DNA of 64,000 nucleotides, taken from positions 2,976,001 to 3,040,000 of the forward strand of contig OZ218953.1 in the NCBI GenBank assembly GCA_965112735.1. Reading direction: 5' to 3'. The first letter of the stretch is position 1. Each line of letters starts with the position of its first letter. Position numbers and translations under genes: made by a program. Positions 48,096 to 60,955 of this stretch are shown in pieces. This DNA comes from Phaeosaccion multiseriatum. Taxonomy: Eukaryota; Protista; Ochrophyta, other classes. Below the pieces are notes generated by a model. It saw only the letters and a list, made by a program, of their open reading frames with translations, was not told the DNA's origin and did not search any database.

Positions 48096-48290
48096 TCACG
48101 ACCACAGAGCAAGGGATCCGTCCCAGCTTCCGCTGGCCATGAAGGAAGGAATGTAGGGGTGAGGGGCGAAGTCCCTAACGACATTGGCATGTGCTTCGAG
48201 CTTGTGCACCATGCGGCCGGTGGTCACGTCCCAGGTGCAGATGCGTCCATCCTTGCCTCCACTCATCACGTACCTGGTGTCAGAGCAGAG

Positions 48291-48339
<49 letters not shown>

Positions 48340-48823
48340 CGCGTGTGTTTTGCATAGGAGGGGGAGGGGTGTTTGACACTAAGCAAGCGACCCCCTTTTA
48401 AGCGACACATTGGGCCTCGAGGAAAGATCAACAGCCCATAAAACGCTTGAAGAGGACGGGAAGGCGAGGGAACAGCTCTATGGTCCCCCTTTTACTTCGA
48501 TACTTACTTCTGGCCGGTGGTGTGAAGAGGGCTGAAGTAGCACCTGTGAGAAGCGAGGCGGGGGGGTGTAGGGGGGGAGAGGGTTTGAGAGGAGGGGGCG
48601 GATTACCAGTGATCTCCCACCAGCAGCGGCCCCCTTCCAGGGTACCAAACAAAGTCTCTATGAGAGAGAGAGGAAAAGAAGATGTAACGCTTGGAGAGAA
48701 GGAGGGGGGGGGGGGGAGGGGTGCACCAGAGCAACTTGGTTGTTAGCGTTACGGACCTTATTAGAGTGTGAAGCACAGAGTGCCCCTCGAAACGCCGCTG
48801 CAAGGAGGGAGAGCGACACAAGC

Positions 48824-48891
<68 letters not shown>

Positions 48892-49387
48892 ACAAAGAGA
48901 CCGAGGGAGAGAAGGACAAATACAGCAGAGGGTGAGGACAGAGAAAAAAAACCCGTCAGCGGTGTGAGCGTGGGCGCCACGGAAGGCCCATCACAGAGGA
49001 ATGGCTAGAGCGGCGAGCGGGTTCTGTTTCCCTAGCGAGGTCGAAAGTGGATGAAGCAAAAGTCGTAACTGTGTACGTTTCTTGACCGAAGACCTCGTTA
49101 GGACTGTACAAATTTTGGAAAGGGCACTGCATTGCATGCGACAGATGTGCTTACCACCGACATGTCCACTTCGCTAGTATTCGCTCGCCGCACCCGCCGT
49201 AGAGAGTAGGAGGACTGGCGGCTGTGGTTGTCAAAGTCAAGGCACAAAATGCAGAAGGGAGGGGGGGGGGGGGGGGGGGCGGGGGACGCATGGAAAGAAC
49301 GAAGCACCAGAGTTAGCAAAACGTGCGCCACTTGACCAAAAGAAAGATGGCGAGCGAGCTCTTGGCCGCGAAGAAGACACACACACA

Positions 49388-49422
<35 letters not shown>

Positions 49423-50512
49423 CTCTTTGCGCCTCTTTGGGCCTGACTCATGCTCCGAAGCGGGCGCGATGGAAAAAAAAAACGAGCCTTCCACAAGACC
49501 CCCCCCCCGACACACACAAAGCAGGACCGATGACTCTTTGTCCATCCATTCATCCATCCCACCCATCTGCCCCTGTTCTTTCTCCCCGCCTCGCCCCTCC
49601 CCACTCACTAGTCGAAGTTGCTTCGCGGCGCCTGCTTGACGACATTCTCTGCGCCTGGCCTGACGGTACGCAGGTCCCAGAGACGCATGACTTGGTCCTT
49701 GCCGTTGGAGATGAAGTAGCGCCCGTCCTTCTTGCTGCAAGAAGAGGCAAGAGAGAGAGAGAAAGAAAGAAGGAGAGAGAGAGACAGAGAGAGAGATATA
49801 AGAGACAGAGAGAGATAGGGATGAGTGAGGGGTCTCGGTTGGAGAAGGAATACTTGGCTGACGGAGACACTCACACGTGCACACACACACACACACACGC
49901 ACGCCCTCTCTCTCTCACACACACATATATATATATACATACACACACCCTCGGGGAGGACCCAACTACCCCCCCCCCCCATGAACCCCATGCACATACA
50001 TGAGCCATCCTATTTCCTATTTCCAAGGGACACGCAAACAACAAGCCGTAAACAGCAAGCAAGCAGGCATGAAGCAAAAGCAAAACCCCTCTCCACCCCA
50101 CCTGTCCAGACACGTGATGCCCACGCTATGGCCGAGAAAGCCCCCGACTGCGGCTTGCGGATCACGCAGGTCCCACAGCAGTACCGTGGCGTCGTCACTG
50201 CCGGAGAGGAGCAGCTGTTGGTGATACAAGCAGCGACAGCAGCATGCACGTGTAGGTATATATACATATATGCAAGGGCAAGAAGGGCACGCGAACGTGA
50301 GCTTTTGATCGGACTCTGTGTCAGTGTATTTGGGGCTCTCTCTCTCCCTCTGTATGAGTTTCGAAACAAACCAAGGACCCTGAGGAGTGGGGTCTTCTCG
50401 GTCCCCATACCCCCCCCCCCCCCCCCGGTACACACCAATGACAAGCTCCTTCCTCTTACATGTGGAGAGTCGTCCACGTAGCACACAGTGTTGACGTCGT
50501 CCAAGTGGCCTG

Positions 50513-50543
<31 letters not shown>

Positions 50544-50847
50544 TGTGTGTGTGTGCGTGTGACAGGGAGAGAGAGGGAGGGAGAGGGTCAGGGAGGGAGA
50601 GAGAGAGGGAGGGAGGGTTAGGGAGAGCAGGACAAGGGTTAGCCCCTCAGCCCGGCCGAGCGTCCGACCACCAAAGCAGTAGCAGTAAACGACCGCAAGC
50701 AAGCACACACACAGGAGCAACAAACACCCTCCGCCACAGCCTGCACAAGGCTTCCTAACACACGCACGCACACACACACACTCGCTCACTCACACAAACG
50801 CACACACACACGCAGATGCATACACGCACACGCCCCCACACACCCAT

Positions 50848-50903
<56 letters not shown>

Positions 50904-51671
50904 ATGCACACACACACCTTTACCGACGGCTACGACAGTTTTGCGCTCAAGATTGTAGACGTACACGTTGCCTTCTGAGCCGCTGCCTTTTGAGGGGAGA
51001 GGGAGATGGGGGGGAGGGGGGGAGAGAGGGGGGAGAGAGAAGGGGGGGGGGGGAGGGGGGGGACCGTGTCAGAGAGGTGAAAGAGGGAGAGAGCAAGAGG
51101 AGAAAGAGACACTGAAAAATGAAAAATAGCTCATCAGGAGCAACGAATGAAGGGAGGTAGGTGCCTTACTTTCTGAGGCAAGAGAAGGTGTTCGTGAGAG
51201 GGAATAAAGAGGGGAGAGGGAAGGAAAGAAAGGGAGGAGCTTGAGGTGTAAGGGTGTAAACAGAGCAGCGCGACAACGAACGGGTCGGGAAAGCAGAGGA
51301 GGGGGGCGTGGGGGGGGGGGGGGGTTGCACAACGGGTCAGTCAAAGTCCGCAGAACTGCCGACGCCTTACTTTACTTGCCTGCGATGTGGGTCGAGTTGG
51401 GGCTAAAGTCGATACAAAAGAGGCTGAAATGGCCCGTCGAGTCGCTGAACTTGTGTGCTTCGTGCATCTCGTGCTCGCCGCTTGTGTTGCACAAATGCAC
51501 GTACCTACTCCAGCTCGAGTAGGCCTGAAGAGCGGGGGGTGGAGAGGGCGGAGGGGGTGGGGGGAGAGAGGGCGGAGGCTTGATCACTGAAAGAAGATTA
51601 CAATAACACAAGTTGCCCAGACGGTTTCTCCTCCCCTCCGCCACAACCCCCCCCCCCCCTTCCCCTCTCTC

Positions 51672-51715
<44 letters not shown>

Positions 51716-52025
51716 CCTTACCAGCCACTTGTCATCTGCGGAGAAGGCCGTGGACAAGACACTCCAGCCAATGTCTCTGCATGCGATGGTCTTGAGCGGC
51801 GCAGGCTCGGCCGTCATGTGGTCCTCCTCCTGGTCCTCCTCTTCCTCCTCCTCTTGGGACTCGTCCCTGTCGTGCTGCCTCCCACCCATGACCCTCCGGT
51901 CTCGGCCCATTGCTCTGCCCAGCACCGCCCTGGCGACTGTGGATGAGCAAAATGTTCATATTCATTGAGGAAAGTATGGAAGAAAGTTTCGTTTCCTCAA
52001 GTTAGGGGAAGAAAAAGAAGCAACC

Positions 52026-52070
<45 letters not shown>

Positions 52071-53214
52071 GAGAGAGAGACAGAGACACACAGAGAGAGA
52101 GAGAGAGAGAGAGGTTCGGTCACTTACAGCGATGGAGCCCCCCCGCCTGCTGCTGAGAAACGTTCTCCGGAACCTCTGCGCGGGCCTCGGGAATGTCCCT
52201 CGCCTTCTTCTTCCTCTTCCGGTCCTCCGACATCCACTGATACAAGCTGTGGAGGGAGGGGCGTATTTAACATGAACAAAACACATCCTGCTGCTTCACC
52301 CTCTCTCGTCACCATATCCACACAGACACATACTCTCTCTCTCTCTCTCTCTCTCCCTCCCTCTCTCTCTCTGTCTCTCTCCCTCCCTTACCGCTTGGTG
52401 TCAAAAAGCCGAATGGTGTCATCTTGCGAGCCAACCATAAGCATATCGCCGCCCTTCGAGAACTGTGTACAGAACACGCGATGCTGGAAGGAGTGGCGGA
52501 GACGACGATAGGACCTCAATGGCGGGCAGCCCGCTCCTGGCAGGTTGAAGAGTTGGCTGCTAAAGGCCATGTCGTCGGCCACCCCCTTGCGGAAACCCAG
52601 GGCCCTCGCCTTTCATATCATCGGGGGTGGGGAGAAGCGAAAGCACGAAAGCACCAACAACGCAACCGTGAGCCCGAACAAGATGGGGAGCAAGCAGCAT
52701 AAGAGCGGGACAAAGGTCTTCTCTTCCACCCCTCCCCACCTCTTCTACCTCTGTTTGACCCTGTACCAGCGCTCTTACTCACCTCGAGGAGGCGCACGGT
52801 ATTGGGTCTCCCCCTATTGCCCCAAGGTACGAAGTGAGCCCTCGTGGCCCTCGCGACAGAGGCCTCCAAGTCCTGCGCCTCGTGCACGCCATGCAGTAAG
52901 TCGGAGTTGCTCCCACCGCGATCACTGCAACTGGAGCTGGCCTTTCTCTTCCCCCTACTTCGCTCCCCGCCTCCCTCATTTGCCTCCTCCTCCTCCTCCT
53001 CGTCGTCGTCGTCGTCGTCCTCCTCCTCGTCATCCTCCTCCTCGTCGTCGTCATCCTCAACATTGCTTCCTCGTTTGCCTTCTGACGCAGCTATGGTCTC
53101 CGACAGGAGAATGTTTTCATCTTCGCCGCCACTGCCTTGACCCTGATCCCCCTCCTGCTGTGGCCCGTAGTCGTCGTCATCCTCATCATCGGACTTCAGC
53201 TGCCGCTTCTCCAT
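48096..53214 (-). CDS. DCAF11: DDB1- and CUL4-associated factor 11 (WDR23/LEC14B) WD40 protein
   Basis: RVFCTQFSKGGDMLMVGSQD, RDIGWSVLSTAFSADDKWLAYSSWS, GHLDDVNTVC, LSGSDDATVLLWDLR, GGFLGHSVGITCLD, DGRYFISNGKDQVMRLWDLR, FEGHSVLHTLIRCYFSPLHTTGQKYVMSG, HANVVRD, SGSWDG. Confidence 0.92.
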
Positions 53215-53642
53215 CCTGCCCGATCTTCGAGCAAGATTCTTCTTTTCAGTCTAAACTCTCTTCAGCCACTGGCCAACACGCCTCTTCAGTACGTATCTAG
53301 TGTCTTCTTAAGGATGAAGGAGGGGAATTCTTTGTGAGGGCGTGTAAATAGGGAGAGGACACCTTAGGGGGGAGGGAAAAAGGATGGGGGAAATCAATCA
53401 GGAAAGCACAGAGGGGGTACGAGGCCGGGAAACTGAAATTTTCGTTGGTTGGTTCTTCGCCCCAACAATCTCGATCGATCTTTGAGGGTCTAGGGTCCCC
53501 ACCCACACACACGGTCTCCACTTTGCTCGAGTGTGTGCGTGGTCTGGTTGGGGAGGTACCAAGGTGGGAATCCGCGGCCGAAGAAGGGGGGTTTGATCGA
53601 AAAAAATCACGGAGGTTGGACCTCCCTCTCGGCAGCTATCAC

Positions 53643-54120
53643 ATGTCTGCGGCCGAGGATAAGGAGACCGTAAGGAAGCTGCTGGGAAGGTGCGTGTAAT
53701 GTTGAGGAGATGGGTGATTGAGAAAGCAACAAGCTGGTCGGGAGATTAAAGAGACAGAGAGGAAATGAAGAGATTTCACGCTCTTACCTCCCCCGAAACC
53801 TTCGGCTCCGTCCCCTCCCACGTCTTTTGCCATACTCCTCCAGCACTCTACGCACGACGCTGTCTGATGGAAGGGTGGTGAAAGGCACTTTCCACTGCCT
53901 GGACAGACACCAGAATTTCATCCTAGCGAATGCAGTAGAGACAAGGACCGAGGCAGGAGGGGCGCAGCACACACGACATCTGCGCATGGTCATTGTTCCG
54001 GGCAAGCACCTCCTCAAAGTGGAGAGGCCCGCACAACTCCAAGCAGAACCTGATCCAGTCCAAGCAGAAGATGATATCAGATCAGTCCAAGTCCAAGCAG
54101 AAGATGATGTTGTTGCCTAG
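53643..54120 (+). CDS. NAA38: Sm-like protein, most like the NatC auxiliary subunit NAA38/LSMD1/Mak31
   Basis: Two exons: MSAAEDKETVRKLLG, then STLRTTLSDGRVVKGTFHCLDRHQNFILANAVE...RHLRMVIVPGKHLLKVE (Sm1/Sm2 motifs with the VPGxH ending). Confidence 0.75.
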
Positions 54121-55004
54121 AGCTTGTTCGGAGCTGCATGTATGTATGTTTACATCCCTCGTGGTGGAGGGCCCTCTTACCTCACCATGACAAGGGAGGA
54201 GAGAGATGACTGCTTTCACAAGCGGGGGACGCATGAACATTCTCCACAGCTCGGTAGGTACGACGGGGCAGGGGAGGCAACCCCTGATAGGGCGGCCAGA
54301 GCTGCAGTGCTCCCCCGGAAGGCGAAGCCATGATGAGGAATGGGCTGGACTACTGAGAAAGTGTCGGTACTGGCTGTACTCTGATACGGACTTCGGTGGC
54401 TGTGATACTCGAGCATCAACCTGAACGAAGGCGTCTTTGCCAGGATACTTACACCCGGAGAGCCGAAAGCCGCCATGCTGACTGAGGTGATTGTGATGGA
54501 GAGGCGACGCTGTGTCGACCGCTAGCGCCACGGAGGGGCGGGGGTGGCGGAGTCTGGCTGTGCTTCAAAACTCACCACCCCTCTGCCAAGTCCTCGCTCG
54601 TTCGCGAGCACGCCAACCCCCGGAACCACCAGTGTGAAGACGAATGAATTGGGGACACACTGGGGTCTGATGAGATCGCCCCGATTTCTCTCTAATGGGA
54701 TGCCTGAAGGATGAACGGCTGGAGGCTGGACCCACACTGATATACGCACTTGCCGTGTCTAAGGAGCATCGTATTGGACGAATGGGGTGGTTTATAAATT
54801 GTTACAACGAACGGCGTGGCCTGGTGGGGTGGCCGGCCTACCGCCCTCGCTAATACGTAATCTTACGCCGGCAGTTAAATTCCCCCCTTTCTCTCTCTCA
54901 AGCATAGTCTATTGTGCAGTCAGTGCAATCAGCAGAGCTCTTTCCCCCCTTGTTCTCCATTTCTCACAGCGTAGAGGAGGATCCGTGGGGGAGAAGGGGT
55001 GCCG

Positions 55005-57762
55005 ATGCCGCTCGGGCGGCGGCGGCGGCGAGGCAAGGAGAAGCAGGTCTTTCCGCGCCACTTCCTTGTCCTTCTACCCTTGCTGGCGTTCCTGTGTGGG
55101 CGTGTCAGGCTTGCTCATGCCAAGCCCACCAAGTATACGCTGGAGCTGAGCGACAGCAGCCCTTGTGTGCGACTCTTCTACAACACTGGCGATGTGGGGT
55201 GCCGGACGCCAGCCTCGGGTGGCGTAGAGCTTGTCTTGTACGCCGTCACTAGCGAGGCTGAGCTAGCGGCTCTTGAGGAGACGAGCGGGGAAGAAGTCGC
55301 TGCCATCCTCCCTTCGGCGTACTTTAATGCCACCATCGTGGACCGGCTGGAGGCGTCAGGCCGGCTCGGGGCCATCATGGTGCTGGACGACTCAGACGCG
55401 CCTCCCTCTACCAACAGCGGTGGCACCACCACCTCCTCCGCCACCACCACGAGCTTTGCAGCAGCGGCAGTAGACTACAAATTCTCACCCGATGCGACGA
55501 CTCCACAAGGCGACACCACTCCGTCCTTCTCCCTTGGGGTGGACCCTTCGCACGAGTGGAACACCCGTGGCAACGGGCTCATGCTGCGCTCCTTCGACTA
55601 CCCCATTGTGCTCATCTCCAAAGGGTCTGACTCGGAGGAGTTACTGGCGGGTGGCGAACACAACGCGAAGATGGGGTCTGCCACCTTTCCTCGATACGCG
55701 GCCAAGTTTGACTACTACTTTGGCCAGGAAGACGACGTCACCTCCATCGACTGCCTGGAGTGGACGGACATAAATGGGGTAGCCTCGCCCAAGTGCACCC
55801 CGCTCGGCGGGCAGAGTGTGTGGGGAGTGGCAGGCGTCCCGGGGGACAAGGAGGTTGTGCTTGTAGCGGCACAGCTCGATAGCAGCGGCTTATTCCACGA
55901 TGCCGTCCCGGGGGGCAACGGAGTAGTGTCGGCGCTGGCAGCCATGCTGCTGGCAGCGGAGGCGATTGCACGTGCGGCAACGGAAGGGACGGTTGACTTG
56001 TCGGGCTTGGGCCACCAATTGGGATTCGCGGCGTTCCAGGGGGAGGAGTGGGGCTTTATTGGCAGCAGGAGCTTCGTGGCAGATGCGCTCAGTAGCGAGT
56101 TTGACTGCGACAACCCCGTGGACGCGGAGACGAGTCCCTCGGGTCTGGCCATGTGTCTAGATCCGCTGCACCCGTCCCTCCAGTTTAGAGAGCTGAGCAC
56201 CAGGGGAATGGCGCATGTGCTCACCGTGGACCAGGTGGGGCGCCTGGAGGCCAGTGGCAGCGATGGCAACAACAACCTGTACTGGCACTCCTCCGCGGGC
56301 GCTTCGGTTACAGACTTGAACACTCTCAATGACCTTACATCCGCCAGCGCCCAAGAAGGTGTGACCATCGACACGGCCTCCACTGCGGGCGTGCTGCCCC
56401 CTACGCCCCTCTCTTCCTTCGCAGCGGCCGACACTGCTCAGAGCGGCTTTGTGCTGGCGGGGTACGATGACGCGTTTGTGGACGACGCCTACCACAGCCA
56501 CTGGGACGTGGCAGACGAGCGCTGTGAGGTGTCCAATGTGGTGGCGGCGGGGCTGGCCCTCGCTCAGGGCTCCCTTACCCTGGCGGTGGGGAGCGGCAGC
56601 CTGGGCACCAGCGACCTAAACACCCTCTCTGTGAATGAGACTCTGGCCGAGCAGCTGGTGGACTGTCTGTCTAACGATTGGGCCTGCGACTTGATGGAGG
56701 GCTATGTGGCCACGGAGCTGGCCAATATGGAGACCTATCGCGGGGCAGAGGTTTCCATGTCGTGGCAGATACCACCCACCTTCTACACCAGCGTGCTGCA
56801 GGTGAGTGAGTGGGAGTACGTGATTTTGTGTATCGTGGTACTGCCATGATGGTGTGAGAAAGGAATGAACGAAGGAAGGAAGGAAGAAAAGGAAGCCCTG
56901 ATGATAGATACGATAGCAAAAATGTGTCCTGTGCGTTGTAACGCTCACGCTTCCGCAATGCCGTCTCTCTGCTGCTGCTGCTGCTGCTACTGCTGCTGTC
57001 ACGCCGTTGCTTTGTCTCTCTCGCATCAGTATTGGGGCAGCTTCGGCTACCCCACGCTCAGGCACTCCTTTGGGGGCTCCTCGTGGCAGCTGTATGCGGC
57101 CTATACGGAGGTAAGCCCTCTGTGTGTCGCAGCCTCCTACGCTGCTCTCCATCAAGTATCTCCTCCTTACGATTACAGGCCCTCTCCCAACCCGCCGCGG
57201 AGAGAGAAATGCCCAAAAGACGGGTTCTCAGCAATTTCTCCCTGAAACCGTTTCCCTCCCCCACTCCCCCCGACCTACGCAGGACTTCGACCCGGACGTT
57301 GACACTCTGATGCTCACCCCGAGCCGACTGGAGACGTTCGTGCGCACCTTCCTCGCAGAGCAGCTCGCCAAGATTGCAGAGGCAGCCACGCCAGGAGAGT
57401 CCTTCGCTGTGGGCGCGTGTGACTCCACGCCGGATTGCGACGGAGCCCTCTGTCCACAGGTGGGGTCTTTCGCGCTCATGGAATGTGTGGCAGGGGTGTG
57501 TGTGTGCCCCTTTGCCTTCTACCACCTCGCGATGGACCCCGGCCTGGAGCGATTAGCGGACCCGACCGGTTTCCGAGTCGTTGATGCAGAGGCCCCGCTG
57601 TGGACCGAGCCCATCTGGGACACCATTGGGGTGTCTGTGTACAAACAATCCAGCGACGCGGTGGGGGCGGTGGCGGTGTCTGTGGGGGTGGTCTTGCTTG
57701 TGCTCGGGGCGGCGGCGGCGACGCTCACACGGCGGCGCTTGCAAAAAGACAAGCTTATATGA
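55005..57762 (+). CDS. NCSTN: Nicastrin (gamma-secretase subunit)
   Basis: Signal peptide, PCVRL...GC, QLDSSGLFHDAVPG, AFQGEEWGFIGSRSF, LPPTPLSSF, YHSHWD, WTEPIW, then a single C-terminal TM. Exons ~55005-56801, ~57030-57110, ~57283-57762. Confidence 0.92.
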
Positions 57763-58003
57763 TACGAGAAGAGACAGACTCATATATTTTGTTAATGTTA
57801 ACAAATAATAAGACCTTCCTTCCTTACTGATATACTTCATTCAGTCAGTCACTCACTCACTCACTCACTCACTCACTCATGACTCGTCATCTCTCTCGTA
57901 TATATCGTAGTATTCTGGAATAAAAGCAAGCATTTTGGTTCGCCCTTTGCCCTTTGCCCTTTGCTCTGTGTGTAGTCGGAGTGAATCCTACAATACTGGT
58001 GTG

Positions 58004-59109
58004 TCACTTTTCCTCGTCGCCCTCGCCGTCACGCTCCGACCCCGGGGCTTGAATCGGTTTCTTGTCCACTTCTTCCGCAATCTTTTGGTACTTGCCTCCC
58101 ATCAGCGTCAGCGTTTCCTTCCACTGGGGACGGAGAGGGCGGGGCGGAGGGAGAGGCAGTGGGCGAGGCAGGGGGCGACCGGGAAGGACAGGAGGGGGGG
58201 GGGGGAGGGTGTTGAGGCACAGCGGGGCGATCACGCGCCTGCAAGCCTCTCTCCCTCCCTCTCTCAGCACTCCCTCTCCGCAAAAGTTGCAAAAAGACTT
58301 ACCAGGGGAGTTGGCAGCTGAATGCAGTGCTTGGAGATTAGACTCGCGCTCGTGGCACAGCAATACCACACGCCTGAGTCGATCTCCTTCTCCAGCTGAA
58401 GGGAAAGGGAAGGGACGGGAAGGGAGACGAGAGAGGACAACAAGTTACGGTGTGCAGGGGAGAAGAAGGCCACACAAGATGAAACCACAGAAGGACGCAA
58501 TGAGAGGCGGAAGCGGAGGCGGAGGTGACGCTCCTTCCACTCGTGGCGGTCCCTTGGCGCACGCTGAGAGTTAGTATCGCCCCTCCTCACCTGTCCCGGT
58601 CCCCACATGCAGGGTCGCAAGAAGAAGCGGAAATCGTCTGCTTCCGCCTCTCCACTGGCCACCAGCTTCTTCATAGCGTCGATGCCTTTGATGTTTGAGA
58701 GGAAGACAGAGAGAGGGAGTGGGAGTGGGAGGGAGAGAGCGAGGAGAGAGAGGAGAGAGAGCGAGAGACACAGAGGGACACACACACGGGGGGCATTGGA
58801 AGGGAAGGCACGCAAGTGAGTACGTAGAGAGCGAGCACCGCAGTCTCATTTGCACGAGGCCGAGAGAGGAGAATCGCATTCGAAAACTCTCTTGCCTCAT
58901 TTATATATGTATATATATGTGGAGACAGACCACCGGAACTTACTTCCTCCGTAACCGATGCCAGGTATTACTTCAGTGCTGTTTACAATCTGCTGCGGGT
59001 GGGTGTGGATGATTTGGACAGTGTCCTCTCCTATGTTACGACAAAGGGGGGGAGTGGTGAGGAGGGAGGAGGAGGAGGACAAGGAGAAGAAGAAGAAGAA
59101 GAAGAAGAA

Positions 59110-59141
<32 letters not shown>

Positions 59142-60955
59142 ACAGGAGGAGGACAAAGAGTCAGGGAGGGGTGGTCGGGGAGATGCAAGACGATACTCCA
59201 ACCATGTGGGAACGTCCCAACTCATCCGATCCACATCGAGGCAGCACCTGCACGTGCCACCTTCAATATGAGCTTGATTCTTGAGACAGTGAGTAACTTC
59301 CCTTTATCCCCCCCCCCAAAATCAAACTGGGCCTCGCCGACTGACTCACTCACTGACTCACTCACCCACGTCGCCCCCAAAGTAAAGCATGTTCTCGCTA
59401 AACTCAGGGTCCTGTTGCGTGGAGACTTGCTTCATTTTCAGCTGCGGTGGGGTCAGACAGAGCAGCAGAGAGGAGAGCACAATCGGGAAGGAAGGAATAC
59501 AGACGAGACCGTGAGAGGCCGCTAGCGGAAACGACACACACAAGCGCAGGACGCGACCCCTCGTTCGAGCTATAGATACACCGTCTTCGTACCTGCGTGG
59601 GTAGGTTGAGGATGAAGCCAGCGCTGCCAAGCTCGTTGTGGTCGACCAACCACAAGACGCAGCGCCTGAAGTAGGGCTGGGACTCCGTAAACAGCTCTGG
59701 GTTGGCGAGGAGCACACAGCCCGGCTCCGGACCATCGATCTCGTGAGCTGTTGGATGCAAACACACACACATACACATACACATATATACATATTGGCGG
59801 GTGGGTGCGTGGGTGGGTGGGTGCGGTAAGAGTAGGCTCGGCACAAGGCTCGGGGCTCAAAGCGGGGAGTAGTATAAGCTCGGATAGACACCTGGGACGG
59901 ACAGAGAGGAAGGACGCAAGCCCCTAAGCTACACCCAATTGTACGCACCCCAGGTGGGGATGTCCTTCAGCTGCAGCTCATTCTTGTTCCTCTTGAGCTG
60001 CTCTTGCCAGGCCTGAGATGCGCCATGACAGAGGAAGCGGGGGGGGGTGAGGGGCGGGGTAGAGAGGGTCAAAAGAGAGAGCCAAAGCGTAGGGTGAATC
60101 GGCTTGGAGCAGCGCTAGTGAGGCTCTTTGTCTCCCATACCTCCTCGGATCCCGCCCGCCGCCTGGCCCGGTACTCTCTCCAGTCTCCTTTGCTGGCCGC
60201 CATGGCCCACTGGTGCTCGCCCGCACCCTCGTCCTCCTCCTCCAGCACCACCCTAGCAATAGGCAGCGGGAAGGAGGTGCATAGGCAAAGAGAGAGAGAG
60301 GGGGGGGGGATCAATTTGCGTATACCATTGCCGGATAATAACGAAAGAATAACCAACTCCGCACGAGGCTTTCTTCTTCAAAGGGGCGAGCGAGTTACTG
60401 GCAACCAGAGGCACCCAGAACACTTGCTTACATTTCCATTCCCATTGTCTCCTCCATCCACGCCTTCGCTTTCTCCTGCTGCATTTTCTCCCTCTCCCGC
60501 TTCCTTTTCTCCCTGGCTCTCTCCATCACGCGTTCCCTTGCTCTTTCTTCCCTCGTCGGCCCGCTCTTCTCCTTCTCCTTCAGGGCTTGCTTGGCCGCCA
60601 GGGCCTCGAAGGCCTTCGCCATTGCCATATCATCATCTCCGCCTTCGCCGTCCAGATCGGGTTCGCTACTTGTGGCTGGAACTGTGGAGTCTGAGTCTTC
60701 GTTCACGTCTACGCACAAAACTGATCTCCCTCGTCTCCCCACAACTCGCCGCCCGAGCCCATGGTTGATCCGGCTCCTCGTCTGCAGGTCGCACCTCCTC
60801 CCGGAGTCTCCTCCTGAGTGGCTCAGACCTCGTGCTGATACACCACTCCGAGTCTTCCTCACGACAGAAGGAAGATGGAAGCCGTGGATAGTTGGGAGGA
60901 AGCAAGAAAGGAAAGCTGCTGCCCCTGCTGCGGCAGCCGCTCTTGCTGGGTGCAT
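58004..60955 (-). CDS. DUF179 (AlgH/YqgE/UPF0301) family protein with bipartite plastid-type presequence
   Basis: Signal ...AFLSCFLPTIHG-F; DWREYRAR; PEPGCVLLA...YFRRCVLWLVDHNELGSAGFILNLPT; LYFGGDVG; DFRFFLRPCMWGPGQLEKEIDSGVWY; PLWKETLTLMGGKY. Confidence 0.88.

Noticed and set aside
48950-49005. Possible DCAF11 exon with an in-frame TGA (selenocysteine/readthrough)
   Set aside because: An alternative exon at ~49222-49156 (YRQSSYSL...DMSV) joins both neighbours in frame without a stop.
32776-54120. Functional cluster of N-terminal acetylation/proteostasis genes (NAA25, NAA38, MARCH6, DCAF11, prefoldin)
   Set aside because: Interspersed with unrelated housekeeping genes; chance cannot be excluded without synteny data.
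54330-54384. Box C/D snoRNA as a feature call
   Set aside because: Boxes are present, but there is no convincing terminal stem and I could not recognise an rRNA-complementary guide; kept only as a low-interest lead.
29519-60955. RsmE and DUF179 as bacterial contamination or recent HGT
   Set aside because: Both have many host-style introns and N-terminal targeting extensions; organellar homologues are usual in algae and plants.
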